From Candidatus Poseidoniaceae archaeon (GTDB lineage: Archaea; Thermoplasmatota; Poseidoniia; Poseidoniales; Poseidoniaceae): a stretch of DNA of 64,000 bases. Where the stretch lies: positions 171-64,170 of the forward strand of contig CALKGM010000003.1 of NCBI GenBank assembly GCA_938084675.1, given 5' to 3'. Each line of letters opens with the position of its first letter. The stretch's first letter is position 1. Positions 6,546 to 14,220 of the stretch are shown here, piece by piece. Below the pieces are notes generated by a model. The model saw only the letters and a list, made by a program, of their open reading frames with translations. It was not told where the DNA came from and did no database searches. Position numbers and translations under genes: made by a program.

Positions 6546-9506
6546 TCATTCGAAGAATTCGTCGAATTCATCTTCATAGCGCTTGGAACTACTGTTTCGC
6601 TTTCGAGCATCTACGACACGCTTGAGCCGCTTTCGCTTTTTGATAATCAAGGGCAAGAGGATGAAATTAAGAAGAAGGGTGGCTAGTAAGGCCCCTCCTG
6701 CATATTGAAATTCCTCTTCTAGCATGTATTCATTGAGAGTTTTCAGCCATGGGACTCCAAGAGGGGGTTCTGGCTCTGGCTCAGGTTCAGGTATGAGGTG
6801 TTCATTATATGTCCACCAATCATCCTCAATGTTCACTCGTTCAATGCTAGGCGAAGGGTATGATGCAATTTGTTGCTCGTTACCAACAGAATCTACGGGG
6901 GCGAGGATGTAGTAGTAGGTTCGATAGGCTCTGATTCCATCAGTCTCAATTCCGCTTTGGTTGAAACTACCTTGTTCTCCAGGGACTCCCTTTAGATTTA
7001 CTGCTATTGGGTCAATGTACTTCAGATTCACATTAGTCGGCTTATTTTCAACGCGATAGAGGTTCCACATCAATTCACCTTGAGCCTCGTGGTCAGGCCA
7101 AGTCCATGTGAGATTTACCACGTAACAAATAGACCAATCGGATCTCCTATCGAAGCAATCGGTATCATTGGTAAATGCCCAGGAATGGTCAAACTGAATG
7201 ATATCGGTTGTGGGTGGGATTGCATCTCCGCAAAGAAGGCCTGCTACGCCATCTACACGAGTAACATTGACCATCTGATAGTTGGGGTTGCCCTCACGGT
7301 CAACGGGTATCACGGCGTAGGAGGCGCATATTCCAGTCTCCAGTGGCTCAGGATCTGTCCATTGCGTTGCATCGATTGTAAGTTCAACAGCCAGTGAATC
7401 AAGAGTTAATTCATCCCACAGTCCATCGTTAACTCCATTGTTCGGGTCTGGGAAGTAAACTGAGCCTTGAACGCCTTGGAACTTGTAAATGTTCCATCCT
7501 CCAACATAGGGATTGCTCACATCACCCATCGGAGTCCAATCCAATTGTATTTGGCCCGCCTCCAATGCAGTCCAGTTGAGTTCTTCCACAGTTGCATTGG
7601 TAGGGGGGAGGGTTCCGATAAGCAAGAGAGTCCCACTTGATGCCAACTCAATGTTCACATTGTAATCGTCATCGATTTCGTAAAAGTTAGGCACTTCAAT
7701 GTAATTCCACTGGCTTGAATCCATGTTAGGGAGAATTCTTAGGTCGACCGTTGAAAGTTCCACACTGTCTGGAAGAAGTTCACTTAGGTTCATGGTAATT
7801 TCAATACCGCGCAGCCCGGGGTCTTCTTCTTCATCCTCTGCCAGGATTTCTACTCCCACGAGCATAAGGGGTGATTTCCCTCCTCCGATGGCATAATTTG
7901 TACCGAGGTGTGGGAGTGATATCTCGTGATTTGCATATGCTGCAAGTTCAGTGACTGCCTCGCCGCTAAAGTAGGGTTCGGCTTCAATGCTGATCGCATT
8001 GAGTACGTCAAATTCAACATAGTTGTATTCGACCGTCCCGAAGGGGTCTCGTGCTTCCAGAGATATGTTGTGGTGGCCAAGTCCAAAGTCAGCTCCTGTT
8101 TTATTCAAGATCTGTCCTTGCCCCCACACGTAGAAACCTTGGCGCCATGTGAAGTTAAGGGGCTGAGAGGCGATTTCACTGAACCTTGCAACCAATTCAA
8201 TATTGTCTGAGGTTCGATAAATTCCATTCTGGGCGTTTTGTTGAACAGTTGGATTAATTTTACCCGCTTCAACATTTGTAGTAACGGTGAGTACGTTGTC
8301 AGAAGTGCGCACATCCTCTCCGTTCTGGAAGATGTTGGGGAGGCGGACACGTAGAAGGCGGTTAGGTCCCGTAGTGGTCATGTTAAACATGCACGTTGTG
8401 GATTCACCAGGCAACAGTTCATCAATCGCACAATCGAGTTCCACTTCTAACTCAAACTGGGGGCTGTAGACTTCAAACTCGGCGATGACATTAGAAACCG
8501 TCATGTTCCCTTGATTGGTAATGACTGAGTGAACTCGGTCTGTACCATAGTAGAATGATGTCCCTTGGTTGTCATGACTTGGATAAAGGTCACTGACTTG
8601 GAGGTCAATGCTGTCGTCAACAATCAGTGTGATCTGGGCGATGTTATCTTGTGTGTTCATGTCCGCATATGGTGTGCCGACGCTTTCGAAAACACCCCAC
8701 TTGAGGACGAATTCGCCTTCTTGGGAATAACTCATCGCAGGTAGGTTTTGATTAAAGGGTGAAAATCCACCCCAAGCGAATAGGGTTGTAACATTCCTGT
8801 AAGCCTCCTTGAGCAAAATTGTCTCGTCGGAAGACCACAATTGCCATCCAAATGAGGCATCAAGATTGCATGTCCCGCAAATTGTTGCTTGACCCCGAGC
8901 GTTGAGGATGTAATCCGTGTTGGTGTTAATCACTTCATCGCCTTGGTATACAGCGAGTCCGTTAAGGTTCTCGAGAGGGTTGTGGTTTTCGTTCACAATG
9001 ATGTCTGCATAATGTACGGTTACGTTGATGACATATCGAAGTTCATCATCAGTAGGGTTTGAATCGGGATTGTCAAATGCAAATAACACGGTAAACAACC
9101 CCTCGGAATTACTGCCGGGAGTCCACTTTTGAAAGGATGTGAAATTGTCACTCGAAGATGGATTTACATTTCCGATATTGATGATTCCCTTTTCATCATA
9201 GCCCGATTTGCATACTGATGCTGATACATCTCCTTCGCATACATACCACGACATTCCGCGGTTAAGGCCTGCTGCAGCTCCAGCATAATTGTAAATTTCA
9301 ATCGTAAAATCAATGCTTTCAAACGATGAATACCATCTGGTTTCGTCAGGTTCAATTGCACCAAGAATGCCGAGCGATTGGTTGCTATTGGCTGATACAG
9401 AAGGGGTCACAGCCAACGTGCCGAGGGTGGAGAAGAGGAGCAGAAAAACAAGGCTAATGCCTGCTTTTGAGTTAGGTCTCGCACATTGCTTACGCTCTGT
9501 CATCAT
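6546..9506 (-). CDS. large sequon-rich cell-surface protein with a signal peptide, a PEPEPEPEP stalk, a C-terminal TM helix and a basic/acidic tail
   Basis: Signal peptide ISLVFLLLFSTLGTLAVTPSVSA, dozens of N-x-S/T sequons, a PEPEPEPEPP linker, TM GGALLATLLLNFILLPLII, then KKRKRLKR. The track start is TTG 9530; I use ATG 9506. Confidence 0.7.
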   Translation of the reverse strand: MMTERKQCARPNSKAGISLVFLLLFSTLGTLAVTPSVSANSNQSLGILGAIEPDETRWYSSFESIDFTIEIYNYAGAAAGLNRGMSWYVCEGDVSASVCKSGYDEKGIINIGNVNPSSSDNFTSFQKWTPGSNSEGLFTVLFAFDNPDSNPTDDELRYVINVTVHYADIIVNENHNPLENLNGLAVYQGDEVINTNTDYILNARGQATICGTCNLDASFGWQLWSSDETILLKEAYRNVTTLFAWGGFSPFNQNLPAMSYSQEGEFVLKWGVFESVGTPYADMNTQDNIAQITLIVDDSIDLQVSDLYPSHDNQGTSFYYGTDRVHSVITNQGNMTVSNVIAEFEVYSPQFELEVELDCAIDELLPGESTTCMFNMTTTGPNRLLRVRLPNIFQNGEDVRTSDNVLTVTTNVEAGKINPTVQQNAQNGIYRTSDNIELVARFSEIASQPLNFTWRQGFYVWGQGQILNKTGADFGLGHHNISLEARDPFGTVEYNYVEFDVLNAISIEAEPYFSGEAVTELAAYANHEISLPHLGTNYAIGGGKSPLMLVGVEILAEDEEEDPGLRGIEITMNLSELLPDSVELSTVDLRILPNMDSSQWNYIEVPNFYEIDDDYNVNIELASSGTLLLIGTLPPTNATVEELNWTALEAGQIQLDWTPMGDVSNPYVGGWNIYKFQGVQGSVYFPDPNNGVNDGLWDELTLDSLAVELTIDATQWTDPEPLETGICASYAVIPVDREGNPNYQMVNVTRVDGVAGLLCGDAIPPTTDIIQFDHSWAFTNDTDCFDRRSDWSICYVVNLTWTWPDHEAQGELMWNLYRVENKPTNVNLKYIDPIAVNLKGVPGEQGSFNQSGIETDGIRAYRTYYYILAPVDSVGNEQQIASYPSPSIERVNIEDDWWTYNEHLIPEPEPEPEPPLGVPWLKTLNEYMLEEEFQYAGGALLATLLLNFILLPLIIKKRKRLKRVVDARKRNSSSKRYEDEFDEFFE

Positions 9507-9673
9507 ATGTTCGTCGCATTGGGGCTTCAAAGACTCATCGCTTAATTCTTACAAAATCGTGCATCTTTTGCTCGCTTTGGATTGTCCGGCCTACCTTGTA
9601 ACAGGCGAATTAAATCCCCAACTGTACTCTAAGTGCGGCAACCTATTGAATTGCGCCCTCCGAGGCGTCTCTT

Positions 9674-10753
9674 ATGCGACCTACGGGTAAGGCAAACCTC
9701 GTCCGAGACGAGCGTGGCCTTACTGCTGTTATTGAATTTCTATCAGCATTCACCCTTTTTCTGATGATTCTAACAGCCTTCCTTTCTCTTGCTCAACTGC
9801 AAATGGGCTCCAACGACCCTGCTACAGACCGGCTTGACAGGGCTGCGGCCATGGGGCTAGACCGCCTTACCTCAGGAGAGGGTTGGTTTGTTCCAGCGCA
9901 AGACGGCGTCCTTGATTATGCGAATTCCACTTCCGAGTGGCATTTGGAAGATGCTTCATCTCTCTTCCAGGGTCGAGTCCAACCTGGATTGCTCACCGAT
10001 CATCGTTTAGATGCTTCCAAAATACTTGCACTTCACCAAATCACCGAAGATGGGATGGCTGCGGGAATTGGATTGGGCGAAGAGATGAGCCTCTATCTTT
10101 CAATCAAGGTCATAGAAAGTGAAAACGCTACGAGAGAAGGAACTGTTCTCTTTAACGGCGGGACACAGCGAGGAACGGCTTCCTCCTCCTCAACCGCCTA
10201 CCGGAGTTTTCAACAAGACGGCGAACTGATTCAAATCGTACTTGAGGTTCATGATGGTGGACGTAAGAACAATCCCTTGCACCTCAATGAAGTGGTAGCT
10301 CGGCCATCCTCAAACGGACCGGAGTGGATTGAAATCTCTAACCCAAACGACTTCGCAATCGGCTTACGAGGTTGGTCACTCAACCATACATCTGGCTCCA
10401 CATCAACAAACATTCTCCTGCAGTCCGGAGTTCTCTCCGGGAAATCATTGGCGTTGTTCACAGGCGATCCAAACAGTCAATCCATCGGTAACGCTTCACA
10501 AGTGATTGATTTGGGACAATATGCCTTTTTGGGCGTTGGACAGATTGATGCTCTGGCTGACGGTCGGGGTGTTCTCTCATTACGTTACACTCAACTTGAT
10601 GAAACAAGGGCCGTAGAGATTACTAGGGTAGAATGGGGAGGCGACACGGGGCTGTTCCTCGTGACCGGTCAATCACTTCAATGGGACGGGACCAGTATGA
10701 CCGCATCGAGTGCTTGGAGTATTTCAGATACCCCAACTCCAGGTGAAGCGTAG
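9674..10753 (+). CDS. type IV pilin-like (class III signal peptide-like) protein with a C-terminal lamin-tail domain (LTD)
   Basis: The N-terminus KANLVRDERG/LTAVIEFLSAFTLFLMILTAFLSL resembles a prepilin-peptidase site (R-G, then a hydrophobic helix with an early Glu). The C-terminus LHLNEVVARPSSNGPEWIEISNPNDFAIGLRGWSLNH...GRGVLSLRY matches the LTD pattern. Confidence 0.62.
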   Translation: MRPTGKANLVRDERGLTAVIEFLSAFTLFLMILTAFLSLAQLQMGSNDPATDRLDRAAAMGLDRLTSGEGWFVPAQDGVLDYANSTSEWHLEDASSLFQGRVQPGLLTDHRLDASKILALHQITEDGMAAGIGLGEEMSLYLSIKVIESENATREGTVLFNGGTQRGTASSSSTAYRSFQQDGELIQIVLEVHDGGRKNNPLHLNEVVARPSSNGPEWIEISNPNDFAIGLRGWSLNHTSGSTSTNILLQSGVLSGKSLALFTGDPNSQSIGNASQVIDLGQYAFLGVGQIDALADGRGVLSLRYTQLDETRAVEITRVEWGGDTGLFLVTGQSLQWDGTSMTASSAWSISDTPTPGEA

Positions 10754-10835
10754 TCGGTCCGTAAATGTCGTCAACTTTGAAGTGCATTATTGCGCACACT
10801 TCATCAACCACCGTCTGCACCAACGGTTCGTTCCC

Positions 10836-11618
10836 ATGCAACCTACAACCGTTTACACCCGAGACCGGTGCGTAACCGGTATCCATGGATTGGATGAGAT
10901 TCTCCGGGGAGGCATTCCCTACGGTTCTACGGTTCTTGCCGCTGGGACCTGCGGTTCGGGAAAAACAACTCTCGGAATGGAGTTCCTCGTTCGCGGTGCT
11001 CTTGCAGGTGAGGCTTGTGCCCACTTTACTGCAACCGAACCTTCTGTGAAACTTTTGGAGAACATCAGGCAATATGCCTTTTTTGACATGAATATGGTTG
11101 ATTCCGGCCTCATCAACGTTTTTGACATGGACGTTTTGTATTCTTGGCTTGGTCTTGACAAAGCCTCGTTTGAATTAGATGACGTACACGCATTGATCAA
11201 AGCGATTGTAGATATTGTCAACACCATCGGTGTGACCCGTTTGGTTATTGACTCGGTGACGACCCTTTGTTACAAGATTAAATCCGAACAACTCATCCGT
11301 GATTTCTTGTTTACCCTTGGTAAGAAACTCGCAACGTTGGGCTGCACAACCATTCTTATCTCTGAAATCACTTCTGCTACTGAAAACGCCCACTGGTCAT
11401 CATTCGGTGTTGAAGAAGCGATAGCAGATGGAATTATTGTGATGGGTGATTCGGAACGAATGGGTCACCTGTTGAGGTTCCTTCAAGTCGTGAAAATGAG
11501 AGGTACCTCTCACAGTCGTGCTAAGCATGCCATCGAACTAACACCGCTTGGAGTCATGCTTACTCCAATGCTCAAATGGGGCGCGTCAGCCGATAAAACC
11601 AGCAGATGGGGGCAATAA
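10836..11618 (+). CDS. single-domain KaiC/RadA-like RecA-superfamily ATPase with intact motifs
   Basis: TGIHGLDEILRGGIPYGSTVLAAGTCGSGKTTLGMEF (Walker A), LVIDSVTTL (Walker B), and the C-terminal RFLQVVKMRGTSHS motif. I use ATG 10836 rather than the overlapping track start at 10710. Confidence 0.85.
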   Translation: MQPTTVYTRDRCVTGIHGLDEILRGGIPYGSTVLAAGTCGSGKTTLGMEFLVRGALAGEACAHFTATEPSVKLLENIRQYAFFDMNMVDSGLINVFDMDVLYSWLGLDKASFELDDVHALIKAIVDIVNTIGVTRLVIDSVTTLCYKIKSEQLIRDFLFTLGKKLATLGCTTILISEITSATENAHWSSFGVEEAIADGIIVMGDSERMGHLLRFLQVVKMRGTSHSRAKHAIELTPLGVMLTPMLKWGASADKTSRWGQ

Positions 11619-12205
11619 GTATGTTTGAACTGGACCAAAGAATCGCAGAGCAATTGACCCAAGTAGCACTTAACAGCGCCGTCCAAGTGCGTGTTGGAAC
11701 TGCCAATTCCTTTATGGTCACGGCAAGTACGATGATTCCGCTCATGCAGATGTTTGAGATGGGAGGCGTTTACATTTCAGCAAGCCGTGGTGCCGTTGAA
11801 ATCATCCAGGCTTTCGAAGCCATTGGGGTTGATGTGTCACACATTCAATTCATTGATTTGGTTTCCTCTGGTATTCTTGGCGGTACAGATGTCACTTACT
11901 CGAACGTACACTTCGTGGACAGTCCAATTATGCTCGAGAGTATTCTACTCCGCACTCTCTATGTGCTGCGGACTATGGATTCTCAGCGTAATTTCGTGTT
12001 CCTTGACAGCGTAAATGCACTTGCAATTTACAACGACGACCGAATGCTTGCAGAATACCTACACACCTTCATCAACACCTTCCGACAACGAGAGGTGCTT
12101 ACGGTCATTCTCAACGTGCCCGATCAGACTCCTCCACTCGTTCTGTCTAACTTAGACACATACTGTACCGATATTGTCGACCGTGGGCAGGTCGTCATCC
12201 TTTGA
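11606..12205 (+). CDS. KaiC/RecA-like fold protein lacking a Walker A motif
   Basis: 199 aa. It retains a Walker-B-like FVFLDSVNAL, but no GxxGxGK[ST] is present. An alternative ATG at 11621 lies directly after the upstream stop. Confidence 0.5.
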   Translation: MGAISMFELDQRIAEQLTQVALNSAVQVRVGTANSFMVTASTMIPLMQMFEMGGVYISASRGAVEIIQAFEAIGVDVSHIQFIDLVSSGILGGTDVTYSNVHFVDSPIMLESILLRTLYVLRTMDSQRNFVFLDSVNALAIYNDDRMLAEYLHTFINTFRQREVLTVILNVPDQTPPLVLSNLDTYCTDIVDRGQVVIL

Positions 12206-12215
12206 GGTGTGAATC

Positions 12216-13019
12216 ATGGCAAAAAAGATGACATTTGACTCTGAAGACGAAGAATTTTTTGGAAACGTCGGCTCCTTTGGAGTCCCTAAGTTCGATAATG
12301 AAATGCGAGGGGGTGTTCCCCGAGGATTCACAATGATTGCCTTTACCGAAACAGGTTCTGGAAGTGAACTTTTTGCAAAACAATTTACTTCGCCAGCTGA
12401 AGAATCAGACAATACACTGTATGTCGCAACCGATGAAGGGCAACAAGAAATCGTTCGCATCTTCAAGAAATACGGTTGGCCCTTGGACATCAATGTGCGC
12501 ACAATCGGAGAAGAGTACAACGCTAACGTGTTGGAGCGAGAACTCCTTGCCAGTAGATACCGTCTTGAAGGATTCCAGTTAGATGACATTCAGCGTCTTG
12601 CTCAAACTCGGTTTGTGGAAGATAACAATCAGGACTATCTTACAGAAGTGACGAATGAAATCATGGGTCTTGGTCCATATTTTAGAGCGGTTGTTGACAA
12701 CTTGGATTTCTTCCTCCAGCGGGATGACCCAGCCCGCGTTTTGTCCATGGTCCGAATGCTTCAAGCCCATGCACAACTGGTTCGTGGCCTACTTCTGATT
12801 TCGGTTTCAACCGATGGTTTGGACCCCACCATTAAACAAGAATTGTCTTCAATCGCTGACATGGTTCTCTCGTTCAGAGTGCGAACAATTGGTACGGACT
12901 TTGAAAATTCAATGGTCGTTTCCAAATTCCGAAATGCTCCTGAGAATCTCAAGATTCTGGTATTCCGTGTTACGCCTGAAGAAGGCATTACTCCAGAGAC
13001 CGTCGAGCGTATCGCTTGA
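12216..13019 (+). CDS. KaiC/RecA-like protein with a degenerate Walker A (GSGSE instead of GxGKT)
   Basis: FDNEMRGGVPRGFTMIAFTETGSGSELFAKQF aligns to the KaiC P-loop region without the Lys. The C-terminus SMVVSKFRNAPENLKILVFRVTPEEGI resembles the KaiC C-terminal motif. GAGGTG at 12204-12209 precedes the ATG. Confidence 0.62.
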   Translation: MAKKMTFDSEDEEFFGNVGSFGVPKFDNEMRGGVPRGFTMIAFTETGSGSELFAKQFTSPAEESDNTLYVATDEGQQEIVRIFKKYGWPLDINVRTIGEEYNANVLERELLASRYRLEGFQLDDIQRLAQTRFVEDNNQDYLTEVTNEIMGLGPYFRAVVDNLDFFLQRDDPARVLSMVRMLQAHAQLVRGLLLISVSTDGLDPTIKQELSSIADMVLSFRVRTIGTDFENSMVVSKFRNAPENLKILVFRVTPEEGITPETVERIA

Positions 13020-13079
13020 GGGTGAATTGGTGCCTGGGCAAAACGACATGTCCAAAACAGTCGGGGGCTCGGCAACACC

Positions 13080-13853
13080 ATGGGCAAGCGTGCAGCAACG
13101 GGCGGATTCGACCCCTCTGGTATTGATAAGGACGCATGGGAGACGCTTGAGGGGCAACTCGAAGCTACGATTCCTAATTATGACCGAGTCAACAAATGGA
13201 TGACTTTTGGCCAAGATAAACGGTGGAGAAAGAATGTGCGTAACCATGCATCTCCGGGCATGAAGGTCTTGGAAGTAGGCTGCGGTCCTGGTTCATTTGC
13301 AGAAGACTTGGTTGGATTGGACGTGACTTGTCTCGATCCATCTCCAGAAATGCTTGCCACGGCCAAAAGGCGAGTTGATGGTGCTCGAAAGGAACGAGGC
13401 GAGGAGCCTGCTGTGTACGTGGAGGCCATCGCAGAAGCAATTCCACTTCCGGACAATACCTATGACATGGTGTTCTGTCTGTTTTCCTTCCGTGATTTTA
13501 GAGACAAGGCAAAAGGCCTCTCTGAAATTTACAGGGTCTTGAAACCAGGAGGCCAATTGGTGATTTGTGACGCTGGTAAGGCGAACAAACTCCACGGATT
13601 TTTCGGCGTACTTTGGATGAATTCAGTAGTTCAAATCATGGCACGGATTATCACCAGGGAGAAAAATCATCCCTGGAAAGGTCTTGCGAAAAGTTATACT
13701 CATTATGGCACAAATGGCTATTACAGAAACATGATGCGTTCAGTAGGCTTTGAAGATGTTAAGGGGCGTCTCCTCTATCCGTTTGGCATGTCAAGTCGTT
13801 TCAAAGGCCGTAAACCACAAAGCACAGGCGTGGAACTCGCCCCGTTAGACTGA
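13080..13853 (+). CDS. ubiE: class I SAM-dependent methyltransferase, UbiE/MenG (demethylmenaquinone methyltransferase) family
   Basis: YDRVNKWMTFGQDKRWRK, VLEVGCGPGSF (SAM motif I), and RVLKPGGQLVICD. Confidence 0.75.
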   Translation: MGKRAATGGFDPSGIDKDAWETLEGQLEATIPNYDRVNKWMTFGQDKRWRKNVRNHASPGMKVLEVGCGPGSFAEDLVGLDVTCLDPSPEMLATAKRRVDGARKERGEEPAVYVEAIAEAIPLPDNTYDMVFCLFSFRDFRDKAKGLSEIYRVLKPGGQLVICDAGKANKLHGFFGVLWMNSVVQIMARIITREKNHPWKGLAKSYTHYGTNGYYRNMMRSVGFEDVKGRLLYPFGMSSRFKGRKPQSTGVELAPLD

Positions 13854-13893
13854 TAAACCCCCTTTCATTGAGCGGAATCAATAGGTGTTTGTT

Positions 13894-14211
13894 ATGGCTA
13901 TGGGTGACGTCTTGCGCAGTATCAAAAAAGCCGAACAAGGTGCCGAAAAGCGTTTGCTTGAGGCACAAGAAGAGGCCTCAAAGGTTCTTTCAGATGCGAG
14001 GAAGAAATCCTCCGACATGATTCAAGGCGCTGCAGAAGAATCTGTTGCTATGACTCAAACCATTCTTGATGCGGCCCGATCAAAGGGTCAAGGCGAGGCC
14101 GATTCGGTCAAGTCCGATGGAGGCAAAGATATTGCCGCTATTGACACAAACTCAGCAAAGAACCAGGACAAAGCCGTCCAAATGGTTGTCGATGCATTAA
14201 TGTCTGAATGA
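13894..14211 (+). CDS. atpH: A-type ATP synthase subunit H
   Basis: A small coiled-coil protein (LRSIKKAEQGAEKRLLEAQEEASKVLSDARKK) in first position of the atp operon. The track start is GTG 13885; ATG candidates are 13894 and 13900. Confidence 0.72.
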   Translation: MAMGDVLRSIKKAEQGAEKRLLEAQEEASKVLSDARKKSSDMIQGAAEESVAMTQTILDAARSKGQGEADSVKSDGGKDIAAIDTNSAKNQDKAVQMVVDALMSE

Positions 14212-14220
14212 GGTGATTTC

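Noticed and set aside
6760-6795. The short tandem DNA repeat (GGCTCT/GGCTCA units) read as a microsatellite or repeat element.
   Set aside because: It is simply the coding sequence of the PEPEPEPEP linker of the 994-aa surface protein on the minus strand.
10836-11618. The KaiC-like ATPase read as a circadian clock component.
   Set aside because: It is a single RecA-like domain of about 260 aa, not the double-domain cyanobacterial KaiC. No kaiB or kaiA is present.
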